From the IMG/VR virus record IMGVR_UViG_3300024348_000007: a DNA stretch of 64,000 bases; one strand, written 5' to 3'. Source of the DNA: a virus. The position numbers were made by a program, and so were the translations under genes. The notes under the pieces were generated by a model. That model worked only from the letters and a program-made list of their open reading frames with translations, did not search any database and had not been told where the DNA came from. Each line of letters starts with the position of its first letter. Positions within the stretch are counted from its first letter, which is position 1. Shown here one piece after another: positions 54,633 through 64,000 of the stretch.

Positions 54633-56741
54633 ATGGCAATTGCAAATTACTTTTATAACTCAACGACAAGAAAATATGTTGCACTGTTTGGGACTCTGTT
54701 TAATCAATTAAAAATTCAGAGACAAGATAACGCAGGCGTTACTAAAAAAGATATGATTGTGCCGTTATCTTACGCACCATTTCAAAAAATATTAGCACGA
54801 GCAACTCAAGATCCTGATCTTATTAACAGCCGTCGTCCCGCTATGACTCTGCCTAGAATGTCTTTTGAGATGACTAGTCTTGCTTATGATGCTACGCGAA
54901 AAATTGGTTCTACTCAAAAACTTATAAAAAGAAATAAAGATGAAACTGATGATGGACGAGATTTTATCTATTCTCCAGTTCCTTATAACTTAGAGTTTTC
55001 TCTTTACATTATGACTAAGTACGCAGAAGATGCTACAAAAATTATGGAACAAATACTTCCGTTCTTTACACCAGATTTTACTGTGTCTGCTCAAATGATA
55101 CCTGATATAGACCCAATAGATATTCCAATTATTATGACAAGTGTTACAACTGAAGACCTTTATGAAGGTACTTTCGAAGAAAGAAGAGCTATATTATATA
55201 CTCTTACATTTACTTTAAAGGGTTGGTTCTTTGGACCAGAAAAGAGAAAACAAGTAATTAAATTTGTAGACGTTGATATGTTTAACGGAACAGCAACAGA
55301 TTCTCCATTCATAGAAGGTTTAGATATTAGACCTGGACTTAGCGCAAACGGTGAACCTATTACTATAGATGGAGAACAGGCACAAGCTATTGCTAGTTTG
55401 GTTAACGGTACAGTGAGCTCTATTACTGTTACTAATTCTGGTGAACAGTATAATGCGAATACGACTGTAACAATATCTGCACCAGATGTAGCTAACGCGA
55501 GTTTAATCCCTACTTTAACTAGTGGATCAATCACTAATATATCAGTAGCTGAACCTGGAGGATACTTTAGTACAACTCCGACTATTTCTATATCATTACC
55601 AGACGCGACTCCTACCACTGCTACAGCTACTGCAAGTACCGCAAATGGAGTAATCGATGCAATCACAGTTACAAATGGTGGTAATTTCTATAGTAATCCT
55701 ACTTTTACAATAAGTCCTCCACCTTCTAAATCACCAGAATTTAAATTTGGAGATGATGCTTTGCATCACGACCATGAAGATGATGTTACTGAATTACATA
55801 CTTCTGCTGGATTTTTTAATACGGCAACTGGTTATAAAATACAATTGTGGGTTTATCCAACATCATTTCCTGGAGGTAATCCATTCTCTTTAATATTTTC
55901 TAACTTCTGGAAATTGCTTTATAACTCAGATGATGGTCAAGTAAAATTCCAATACGGAGGTGGAGCAAGTGTAAACTCTGATAGTAATTTGATTTTAAAT
56001 CAATGGAACCACGTTGAAGTCGAACAAGAAGGCACAGATATAAGAGTTAACTTAAACGGAACAAAGGGTACTTCCGTTGCTAAAGGTAGCGGTAATATAT
56101 TATTCCCTGGCCACATAATTAGAGCTGGTGATGCCCAAGGTAACGAGTCTGTGTTTGATGGAGCAAACAGAAGTTTTATCGGATACGTTGATAATATTAC
56201 ATGGGATGCTCAAGCTTCTATGTCTGGAGCAGATGGTTCATCTTATACAGTACCAACAACAGCACAAAACGGCAGCGTGTTTGAAAGTAACTTTGATAAA
56301 TCATTGCCTTCTGCTAATTTAGTTGTAACTGACGGTGTAGTTTCTGCTATAAATGTAGTTGAAGGTGGTGCTGAATATGGTAATACAGTTCCTATAGTTA
56401 CTATTCAAGATCCAGATGATACGGCAGCTTCGTTTGCGGCAACAGCTACGCCTAATCTTGTTAACGGTGGCATAGATAGTGTAGCGATTACAAATAACGG
56501 AAAATTTTACGCAAATACACCAACTGTAAATGTTTCTGCGCCTACTGCTACCACGGCTACAGCAATTCCTAATATTCTTCCAAGCGGAGATGTATCTTCA
56601 ATTACTGTAACGAATGCTGGTCTTGGTTATAGAACAGTTCCTACAATCTTTATTACTTCGCCTGATTTCGGTTCAGTACCATATACTGATATAGAATTCG
56701 ACGATAATTGGGGTATAATTAAAACAATAGTGAGTGAATAA
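54633..56741 (+). CDS. gp15: tail sheath stabilizer/terminator gp15 with a large inserted extension (repeats + LamG-like domain)
   Basis: YFYN...RKYV.LFG.LFN...VPL.Y.P..K...LPRMSFE...PVPYNL...EQILP.F.P core. 702 aa versus the usual ~270. Confidence 0.88.
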   Translation: MAIANYFYNSTTRKYVALFGTLFNQLKIQRQDNAGVTKKDMIVPLSYAPFQKILARATQDPDLINSRRPAMTLPRMSFEMTSLAYDATRKIGSTQKLIKRNKDETDDGRDFIYSPVPYNLEFSLYIMTKYAEDATKIMEQILPFFTPDFTVSAQMIPDIDPIDIPIIMTSVTTEDLYEGTFEERRAILYTLTFTLKGWFFGPEKRKQVIKFVDVDMFNGTATDSPFIEGLDIRPGLSANGEPITIDGEQAQAIASLVNGTVSSITVTNSGEQYNANTTVTISAPDVANASLIPTLTSGSITNISVAEPGGYFSTTPTISISLPDATPTTATATASTANGVIDAITVTNGGNFYSNPTFTISPPPSKSPEFKFGDDALHHDHEDDVTELHTSAGFFNTATGYKIQLWVYPTSFPGGNPFSLIFSNFWKLLYNSDDGQVKFQYGGGASVNSDSNLILNQWNHVEVEQEGTDIRVNLNGTKGTSVAKGSGNILFPGHIIRAGDAQGNESVFDGANRSFIGYVDNITWDAQASMSGADGSSYTVPTTAQNGSVFESNFDKSLPSANLVVTDGVVSAINVVEGGAEYGNTVPIVTIQDPDDTAASFAATATPNLVNGGIDSVAITNNGKFYANTPTVNVSAPTATTATAIPNILPSGDVSSITVTNAGLGYRTVPTIFITSPDFGSVPYTDIEFDDNWGIIKTIVSE

Positions 56742-57188
56742 ATGAATAATGATAAAATAGCTGAAAATCTGGGCATGCGGCCTCTTTCAGAAGTGAGAGA
56801 AGAAGCCACAGAAGATTTACCCATTGAAGTTGTAGAAGAAAATCTGCCTGCTGAAATCGTAGAATTTGATGATGAAAATCTAAATGATTTAGAAAAAGTA
56901 AGATCAAACATTCAGGATGTAATGAATACTGGACAAGAAGCAGTAAGAGAAATGCTCGAGATTGCAAAGCAGTCTGAACAACCTAGAGCATTTGAAGTTG
57001 TATCTACTCTTATGAAAACATTGTTAGACGCAAATAAAGATTTTGCTGAGGTATCTACTAAGAAAAAGTTTGCAAAAGAAGAGCTCAACGGGCCAAAAGA
57101 AGCTGCACAAAGTAATGTTACAAACAATAATCTTATTGTATCAACTGCTGATTTGTTAAAAATGTTAAAAGAGAATACAAATGAGTGA
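56742..57188 (+). CDS. gp16: terminase small subunit gp16
   Basis: A..SE.PRAFEV...L...NVTNNNL.VST.DL.K.L; directly precedes gp17. Confidence 0.88.
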   Translation: MNNDKIAENLGMRPLSEVREEATEDLPIEVVEENLPAEIVEFDDENLNDLEKVRSNIQDVMNTGQEAVREMLEIAKQSEQPRAFEVVSTLMKTLLDANKDFAEVSTKKKFAKEELNGPKEAAQSNVTNNNLIVSTADLLKMLKENTNE

Positions 57189-58770
57189 AGGTTATTTAGG
57201 CAATGTTAATCTTAAAAATAGCGGACAAGAAATTGAATGGACTCCTGAACTATTAAAAGAATATATGAAATGCGCAAAGGATCCGATATATTTTGCTAAG
57301 ACATATATTAAGATTGTTCATGTTGACAAAGGTCTTGTACCTTTTGAAATGTATCCATATCAAGAAAATATTACAAGAAAGATTACAGATAACCGTAGAG
57401 TTGCAGTATTAACTGCACGTCAGTCCGGTAAAACAACTACTGCTATGGCGATTATTTTACACTATGTTTTATTTAACGAATTTAAAACCGTTGCTATATT
57501 AGCTAACAAAGGTGATGCCGCTCGAGAAGTTATGGCGAGAGTTAAGCTTGCATTTGAAGCATTACCTAAATGGTTGCAACAAGGGGTTGAAGAATGGAAC
57601 AAAGGAAACATTGCACTTGAGAATGGTTGTCAAGTTTTGGCAGGTACTACCTCTTCAAGCGCAATTCGTGGTAAATCAGTTAATTTTCTATATCTTGATG
57701 AGGTTGCATTCATCGAAGGATATGACGAATTTTTCGCATCTGTTTATCCTACTATCTCGTCTGGCGAGTCAACAAAACTTTTAATGACTTCTACACCAAA
57801 CGGTTTAAACCATTTTTGGAAAACCTGTAAAGGTGCAAAAGAACAGACTAACGGTTATGAATACGAAGAAGTAATGTGGAATGATGTTCCTGGCAGAGAC
57901 GAAAAGTGGCGCCAAGAAACAATCGAAGCATTAGACCATGACTCTGAAAAATTTGCCCAAGAATATGAATGCCAATTTTTAGGTAGTTCTGGTACTCTGA
58001 TATCAGGAGCTAAACTAAAAACGTTAGCTGCTTCTATACCAATTCACAAAGGTGAAGGTTTTACTCAGTACGAAGCACCTATTAAGGACAGACAATACGC
58101 AATGACAGTTGATGTCGCACGTGGTAAAGGTTTAGACTATTCTTGTTTTTCAGTACTAGATATTTCTGAAATGCCATATAAACAAGTTGGTGTTTACAGA
58201 GATAATTTAATTGGTCCCATAGATTTTGCTTCAGTTGTATTTAGAATAGGTAAATTATATAACGAAGCAGGCGTATTAATAGAAATTAATGACATAGGAG
58301 AACAAGTAAGTGACGTTCTTTTGATGGATTATGGTTATGATAATCTTCTTTATACATCTAATAATGGAAGAAGCGGTAAGATATTAACTGGCGGTTTTGG
58401 TAAAAGAGTTGATAATGGTATAAGAACAACAAAACTTGTTAAAGGTACTGGGTGTTCTATGCTTAAAATGCTTATAGAACAAGATCAGCTAATAATTCAA
58501 GATCAAGACACAATAGAAGAATTAAGTAGATTTTCTAAGAAAAAGAATTCATTTGAAGCAGAACAAGGATTTCATGACGATTTAGTTATGAACTTAGTAC
58601 TATTTGCTTGGATGACCGAACAACCTTATTTCAAAGATATGACAGACATAAATACATTAGTTAAGCTCAGAGAAAAGACAGAGGAGCAAATTGAGGAAGA
58701 GCTATTACCATTCGGTTTTGTCGACGTGGGTGACGAATTTTATTATGAAGACGACGGACTAAGGCTGTGA
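57181..58770 (+). CDS. gp17: terminase large subunit gp17
   Basis: YLGN.NLK, Walker A RQSGKTT, Walker B YLDEVAF, TSTPNG, and nuclease motifs DVARG.G.DYS and HDDLVM. Confidence 0.96.
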   Translation: MSEGYLGNVNLKNSGQEIEWTPELLKEYMKCAKDPIYFAKTYIKIVHVDKGLVPFEMYPYQENITRKITDNRRVAVLTARQSGKTTTAMAIILHYVLFNEFKTVAILANKGDAAREVMARVKLAFEALPKWLQQGVEEWNKGNIALENGCQVLAGTTSSSAIRGKSVNFLYLDEVAFIEGYDEFFASVYPTISSGESTKLLMTSTPNGLNHFWKTCKGAKEQTNGYEYEEVMWNDVPGRDEKWRQETIEALDHDSEKFAQEYECQFLGSSGTLISGAKLKTLAASIPIHKGEGFTQYEAPIKDRQYAMTVDVARGKGLDYSCFSVLDISEMPYKQVGVYRDNLIGPIDFASVVFRIGKLYNEAGVLIEINDIGEQVSDVLLMDYGYDNLLYTSNNGRSGKILTGGFGKRVDNGIRTTKLVKGTGCSMLKMLIEQDQLIIQDQDTIEELSRFSKKKNSFEAEQGFHDDLVMNLVLFAWMTEQPYFKDMTDINTLVKLREKTEEQIEEELLPFGFVDVGDEFYYEDDGLRL

Positions 58771-58790
58771 TATAATAGAATTGAAAAATT

Positions 58791-58798
58791 TATAAATA
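58791..58798 (+). promoter_or_regulatory. T4-type late promoter TATAAATA
   Basis: Exact consensus upstream of gp18. Confidence 0.85.
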
Positions 58799-58858
58799 GA
58801 AACAGTAAGAATAGATAAAACAAGATTAACGCGTTTTCAATACACAAAGGAGAAAAAT

Positions 58859-60793
58859 ATGGCTTTTTCCGTAAGTCCTTCTGTTATCGTTCGAGAAGTG
58901 GACGCCTCACAGGCAGTGCCAGCCATTGCGAATCCACCTGCTGCTATAGCAGGTGTATTTAGATGGGGTCCAACAAACGAACCGATACTTATATCATCGG
59001 AAAACCAACTCGTAGATCGATTTGGTGCACCAAATAATAACAATTACGAAACATTTTTTGTAGCTTCAGATTTTCTGTCATACTCGAACGCGTTATACGT
59101 TGTTCGTGCTGATGATGGATCAGTAACTGCTAACTCAACAACAATAGTAAGAGATGGTAATAACGACATTATTCCTGAATCTTCTACATTCGGAGCTTTT
59201 GAAGCTAAATATCCTGGAGAATTAGGTAACTCGTTAGAAGTTACTTGGGTATCTTCTACTGGTTTTGAAAATGACTGGAGAGAAGTAGGGGAAATTCAGC
59301 AAAACAAAGTTTCAAACTCAGCAATCGCGCAAACAATTTCATTTAACAGCAATGCCATGACTTTAGAAACAGGCAACACTGATCAATTGACTGCACTTAC
59401 AGCGGGCGATGTCTTAGTCGTAGGTAACGATTCAATCGGTTATCAAGAATTAAGAGTGGCAAGTTTCACAGAAACTGCGGTTTCTGCTGAATCAGTACCT
59501 GGAGATGCTAACACAGCATTCATAGCGCTATATCAATACGACGTTTCGTTTTCAAACAAATACACTTTAGCTGAAACTAGTTTAAATAAGCTTGAGCTTA
59601 CTAGAAAATGGCAACATGGTTCTAATTTCTCTAGAAAGCCAGACGCTAATCACATTCACGTAGCGGTTATTGACGCAGGTGGAGCAATTTCTGGTACTAA
59701 AGGATTTATGCTAGAGAAATTTGAAAATATTTCAACAACCGTAGGTGCAGTTTCACCGCAAGGTTTAACTAACTACTACAATACAGTAATTGACAACTTC
59801 TCTGAATGGGTAAAACTTGCAAACACTAGTGTTATCGGTACTGCTGCTACTGCTCTTTCAAAATATGAAGTAATGGCCGATGGTACAGATGCAACAACCG
59901 AAACTACTGCAACTCTTGCACATCTTGGTTTAGCATTAGATACTCTTAAAAGCGCTAACGAAATTGATATCTCGTTTGTTCTTCAAGGTAAAGGCGATGA
60001 TGCAGCAACAAGAGCAAATTATATTGTTTCTAACATTTGCGAAACAAGAAAAGATTGCGTAGCTTTCATCTCACCATCTAAAGAAGCAGTTGTTGACGAG
60101 TTAAAAACAAATGCTAAGCTAACAAAGGCAATTGCATATCGTAACAAAGTTCAAAATTCATCTTATATGTTCGTTGATAGCGGTTACAAATATCGTTACG
60201 ACAAATATAATGACATGTATCGTTGGACGCCGTTAAACGGTGATATGGCTGGTCTTGCTGCTAGAGTAGAAGCATGGGAATCACCTGCTGGATTTAGAAA
60301 AGGCGTAATTAAGAACGTAGTTAAACTAGCATTTAACCCAAATAAAACAATGAGAGATGCGCTATACGGTGCAGATATTAACCCCGTAATGTCGCAAGTA
60401 GGTCAAGGAATTGTACTATTTGGAGATAAAACTGGTTTAGGTCTAGCATCTGCTTTCGATCGTTTAAATGTTCGCAGATTGTTTATTGCAGTAGAAAAAT
60501 CTATCGCAACAGCAGCTCAAAGCTTCTTGTTTGAACTGAATGATGAATTCACTCAAACACAGTTTAAAAACATTGTTGATCCGTTCTTACGTGATATCCA
60601 GGGAAGAAGGGGTATTATTGATTACCGAGTAATCAGTGACTCAACTGTTAACACTCCTGAGGTAATTGACCAAAATAAATTCCGCGCAAGCATATTCATC
60701 AAACCAGCTCGTTCTATTAACGTTATCGAATTAACATTCGTTGCAACTAGAACCGGTATTGAATTTGATGAAATTGTTGGTCAGTTAACGTAA
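58859..60793 (+). CDS. gp18: tail sheath protein gp18
   Basis: SPSV.VREVD, F.WGP, RKDC.AFISP, FGDKT, FDRLNVRRLF and IKPARSIN.IEL.FVA. Confidence 0.96.
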   Translation: MAFSVSPSVIVREVDASQAVPAIANPPAAIAGVFRWGPTNEPILISSENQLVDRFGAPNNNNYETFFVASDFLSYSNALYVVRADDGSVTANSTTIVRDGNNDIIPESSTFGAFEAKYPGELGNSLEVTWVSSTGFENDWREVGEIQQNKVSNSAIAQTISFNSNAMTLETGNTDQLTALTAGDVLVVGNDSIGYQELRVASFTETAVSAESVPGDANTAFIALYQYDVSFSNKYTLAETSLNKLELTRKWQHGSNFSRKPDANHIHVAVIDAGGAISGTKGFMLEKFENISTTVGAVSPQGLTNYYNTVIDNFSEWVKLANTSVIGTAATALSKYEVMADGTDATTETTATLAHLGLALDTLKSANEIDISFVLQGKGDDAATRANYIVSNICETRKDCVAFISPSKEAVVDELKTNAKLTKAIAYRNKVQNSSYMFVDSGYKYRYDKYNDMYRWTPLNGDMAGLAARVEAWESPAGFRKGVIKNVVKLAFNPNKTMRDALYGADINPVMSQVGQGIVLFGDKTGLGLASAFDRLNVRRLFIAVEKSIATAAQSFLFELNDEFTQTQFKNIVDPFLRDIQGRRGIIDYRVISDSTVNTPEVIDQNKFRASIFIKPARSINVIELTFVATRTGIEFDEIVGQLT

Positions 60794-60822
60794 TAAATAG
60801 AATAAGATAAAGGAGAAACAAC

Positions 60823-61356
60823 ATGGCATTCAATATCAACCAGTTCAAGTCAGAACTCGTCGGTGGCGGTGCACGTCCAACGCTCTTCCAATGTCAAATC
60901 ACAAACCCAATTGCTCCAGAAGCCGATATTAAAGTACCATTTATGATACGAGCGGCAGGAATTCCAGAATCAGTTCTGGGGCAATTTACGGTTCCATACT
61001 TTGGCCGTCAGGTCAAATATGCAGGTGATAGGGTGTTCGCAGATTGGAACGTGACTGTTATCAATGACGAAGACTTTGCTATTCGTAACGCGATGGAAGC
61101 ATGGTCTAACGCAATAAACTCGCATGACTCTAATACTAGAGCCTTGCCACAAACTTATAAGTCAACTGGACAAATTACTCAGTTCAGTAAAGATGGTTCA
61201 ATTCTTAGAACGTACATTTTCGAAGGCATGTATCCAATCAATATCGATGGTATTGCAATGGATTGGTCACAAAGTGATACAATCGAAGAATTTGGAATGA
61301 CCTTCCAATACGACTTATGGCGCGTTGAGGGTAACACCGGCGTTCCAACTACATAA
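60823..61356 (+). CDS. gp19: tail tube protein gp19
   Basis: GGARP.LF, V.Y.GR.VK.AGDR.F..W.VTV.NDEDF.IR..E.W and IEEF..TF.Y. Confidence 0.95.
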   Translation: MAFNINQFKSELVGGGARPTLFQCQITNPIAPEADIKVPFMIRAAGIPESVLGQFTVPYFGRQVKYAGDRVFADWNVTVINDEDFAIRNAMEAWSNAINSHDSNTRALPQTYKSTGQITQFSKDGSILRTYIFEGMYPINIDGIAMDWSQSDTIEEFGMTFQYDLWRVEGNTGVPTT

Positions 61357-61379
61357 TTATATAATTAGAAAGTGATAAA

Positions 61380-62903
61380 ATGAAAATTTTTGGTTTTGAT
61401 ATCAAGAGAGACGGCGAAGAGAAGGAGCAATTTGTTCCTTCTTCTTTCGCTGAACCTCAAAACGACGATGGAGCTATCACTGTTGGTAATGCAATGGGTG
61501 GCTTCTATAGTACGTTGTTGGACATGGAAGGTTCGGCTAAGACTGAATCTGAATTAGTGACTAAATACAGAGGATTAGCACACCAACCAGAAATTGCACA
61601 AGCTGTTGATGAAATCGTCAATGAAGCGATTAGTGTTGATACAGATGAAAAAGTAGTAGAGATTATTCTCGACGATACCGATCTTCCAGATAAAATTAAA
61701 AAACGAATTAGCGAAGTGTTTGATGAGGTTCTTTCTCTATTAGACTTTAGTAACACAGCTTATGATACGTTTTCAAAATTTTATGTAGACGGCAGAATCA
61801 ATTATCACATTATTATTGACAACGAAAAAATCGAAGAAGGTATTAAAGAATTACGTTACGTAGATCCTCGTAAATTAAAACTTATTCGTGAAGTCGATAA
61901 GAGAGAAAAAGATCCGCACTCTGGTATTCCAGTCAAAAAAGTTAAAAGCGAATACTATATGTATTCAGAAAACGGATTTGGTTCTGATAAGAGTGGAGCA
62001 CAAGGCGGAACACAAGGATATAGAATTTCAAAAGATTCTGTAGCAAGAATTACTTCAGGTCAAATGAATGAAAACAATTCTTTAGTCTTATCATACTTAC
62101 ATCCTTCAATTAAACCACTTAATCAGTTAAGGATGTTAGAAGATGCAACAGTCATTTATACTCTTACTAGAGCTCCTGAGAGAAGAATCTTCTATATTGA
62201 TGTCGGTAACTTACCTAAGTCGAAAGCTGAACAATATCTAAGAGATATGATGGTTCGTCATAAAAACAAGCTACAATATAATTCATCTACAGGTGAAATT
62301 ACAGACGCTCGTAAAATGATGACAATGACTGAAGATTTTTGGTTCCCACGTCGTGGTGGTGAACGTTCAACTGAAGTTGATACATTAGCAGGTGGTACAT
62401 CTCAAGCTTTAAGTTCTGATGAGAATATGCAGTACTTTCAACGTAAACTATATAAATCGTTAAAAGTTCCTATCTCAAGACTTGAACCTGAGTCAATGGC
62501 TACATTCGGCAGATCTTCTGAAATTACAAGAGATGAGTTAAAATTTAGTAAATTTGTACAAAGATTGAGAGCAAGATTTTCTCAACTGTTTACGAATATA
62601 TTAGAAAAGCAATTAATTCTTACAGGCATGCTAACTCCTGAAGAATTTGCTGAAATTAAAAATCTAATTCGTTACGACTTCGTTGTAGATAACTATTTTA
62701 CTGAGCTAAAAGAAGCTGAGATAACTAGAGAAAGACTTACAACACTGCGTGAAGTTGAAGAACATGTAGGCACATACTACTCAAGAGAGTGGGTGCTTAA
62801 AAATGTACTCCGCATGTCAGAAGAAGAAATGGATGATATGAAAGAACAAATAGAAGCTGAACTCAAGGAAAATCCTCCTGAGGAAGCTCCTGAAGAAGAA
62901 TAA
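61380..62903 (+). CDS. gp20: portal vertex protein gp20
   Basis: YVDGR, ELRYVDPRK, NQLRMLED..VIY...RAPERRIFYIDVGNLPK.KAEQY, EDFW.PRR and EITRDELKF. Confidence 0.96.
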   Translation: MKIFGFDIKRDGEEKEQFVPSSFAEPQNDDGAITVGNAMGGFYSTLLDMEGSAKTESELVTKYRGLAHQPEIAQAVDEIVNEAISVDTDEKVVEIILDDTDLPDKIKKRISEVFDEVLSLLDFSNTAYDTFSKFYVDGRINYHIIIDNEKIEEGIKELRYVDPRKLKLIREVDKREKDPHSGIPVKKVKSEYYMYSENGFGSDKSGAQGGTQGYRISKDSVARITSGQMNENNSLVLSYLHPSIKPLNQLRMLEDATVIYTLTRAPERRIFYIDVGNLPKSKAEQYLRDMMVRHKNKLQYNSSTGEITDARKMMTMTEDFWFPRRGGERSTEVDTLAGGTSQALSSDENMQYFQRKLYKSLKVPISRLEPESMATFGRSSEITRDELKFSKFVQRLRARFSQLFTNILEKQLILTGMLTPEEFAEIKNLIRYDFVVDNYFTELKEAEITRERLTTLREVEEHVGTYYSREWVLKNVLRMSEEEMDDMKEQIEAELKENPPEEAPEEE

Positions 62904-62925
62904 ACAAGAACAAACTATAATATTG

Positions 62926-62933
62926 TATAAATA
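62926..62933 (+). promoter_or_regulatory. T4-type late promoter TATAAATA
   Basis: Exact consensus between gp20 and the next ORF. Confidence 0.8.
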
Positions 62934-62957
62934 TAGAAAAGATTAACCGGGAGAAAA

Positions 62958-64000
62958 ATGATGAAATCATTTAGAGCTATAGTGTCAGAGGTTGCGCAAC
63001 CTCGAGGACCAGAAGAAAAGAAGTTTAAGGATATGCATTCTTATGAAACTAAGTCTCATCCTGTTGCGCCCGACGCTGTATTTACCGGTGCCATTGGCGC
63101 TGATGATTTACCTAAAGTAAAAGCAAAACGCAAAGCTGACCAAGAAGGTGATGTAAACTACGACAAGCAATTCAAAGAATCATATGGATCAACTATGGTT
63201 TGTAAAGATTGCGGCGATGAATTTGGTAAACCAACACCAGGCAATGGCTGTACTAATGATTGTAACGATAAAAATGAAAATTGTTGGATGCCAAAAGAAC
63301 AATATCTTGCTGCTCAGACGACTAAAGAAGAAGCTGAAGTTAACGAATTGTCTAAAAAAGCTCTAGGTAACTATATTAAAACAGCATCTAATGACGCCGC
63401 TGACCACGCTCAAGATACAGGCAAACATTATGGCAACAAAGCGAACTATAAAGCCTTTTTGAGTTCTTGGGAGAGAGAAAAACGCCGTAAGGGTGTGAAT
63501 ATGGCCGTCAACAAATTGGCTAAAGAAGAATTAGAGTTAGAAATTAACGAAGATTTAACAATGGTTTCTCGTCAACCACACCCAAAAGGTGGTCACATTG
63601 TAACTTTAATCGATAAGAACGGTAAGAAAGTTGTTCGTCACCTTAACAACGGTAAAGTTAAAGACATAAAAAATGTTAAAGATATGAAATCAGAAGAAAC
63701 TCAACTTGACGAACTTGATAAAAAGACTCTTGGTTCTTATATCAAAAAAGCTGGTCCTGATGCAGTAAAGCAAACAGCACAAGCAAAACGTCATGCAGAT
63801 GCTGGTGATATGTCTGATAAAGATGCAGATATGTATAAAAACTATGCTAAATCTCAACGAGCTATGGATAAAGCTAAAAACCGTCAAAAAGGTATTAGTA
63901 AAGCAGTAGATAAGCTTACAAAGGAAGCTACTGCAGATCCAGATACGGTACGTATGATGAAAGACAATCCACATATGATAGGTCAAAAAGGACCAGGTGG
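62958..64000 (+). CDS. Lys/Glu-rich putative prohead core/internal protein (3' truncated, absent from the ORF track)
   Basis: Manual translation MMKSFRAIVSEVAQPRG... is open to the window end, with a GGGAG SD. Two copies of the module ELxKKxLGxYIKxA...RxKG...AVxKLxKE. Sits at the T4 gp67/68 position. Confidence 0.7.
   Translation, partial: MMKSFRAIVSEVAQPRGPEEKKFKDMHSYETKSHPVAPDAVFTGAIGADDLPKVKAKRKADQEGDVNYDKQFKESYGSTMVCKDCGDEFGKPTPGNGCTNDCNDKNENCWMPKEQYLAAQTTKEEAEVNELSKKALGNYIKTASNDAADHAQDTGKHYGNKANYKAFLSSWEREKRRKGVNMAVNKLAKEELELEINEDLTMVSRQPHPKGGHIVTLIDKNGKKVVRHLNNGKVKDIKNVKDMKSEETQLDELDKKTLGSYIKKAGPDAVKQTAQAKRHADAGDMSDKDADMYKNYAKSQRAMDKAKNRQKGISKAVDKLTKEATADPDTVRMMKDNPHMIGQKGPG

Noticed and set aside
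57181-62903. Introns, inteins or homing endonucleases in gp17-gp20
   Set aside because: The ORFs are continuous and of normal length.
63184-63986. Track ORFs 63184-63366 (+) and 63690-63986 (-)
   Set aside because: Both lie within the longer open frame starting at 62958, which has a late promoter and an SD.

Overview
This window is the late (virion morphogenesis) region of a large, AT-rich T4-like myovirus, probably marine or aquatic; the host cannot be determined from the sequence. Order: (1) 1-33433, very large tail-fibre and baseplate-appendage genes, including a 4013-aa repeat protein, a Gln-rich collagen-like fibre with an S74-type chaperone, and a ~2856-aa long fibre with a C-terminal autocleaving chaperone. 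(2) 33435-47863, a ~14.4-kb accessory island. (3) 47926-51716, two fibre-associated paralogs and a sugar/methyl-modification module. (4) 51820-64000, small virion proteins, the canonical T4 block gp13-gp20, and a truncated head-internal-like protein. T4-type late promoters (TATAAATA) precede most transcription units. The island is the main finding. Two paralogous ~140-aa genes, coupled directly to the long tail fibre gene, both end in C-H-x-S-C-H-S-S-C-H-T-S-R-G-R-R. They are followed by nine radical SAM genes in two convergent operons: five of an atypical 'IGPTD' paralog family on + and four GGE/GGD SPASM-like genes on -. A JmjC-like cupin, a 2OG-Fe(II) oxygenase and four unknown proteins complete it. 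Late promoter consensus sites lie upstream of both arms. I infer a phage-encoded RiPP-like modification system that may mature a tail-fibre-tip protein. This function is inference and no database searches were run. No tRNA, rRNA, CRISPR array or mobile element was seen.
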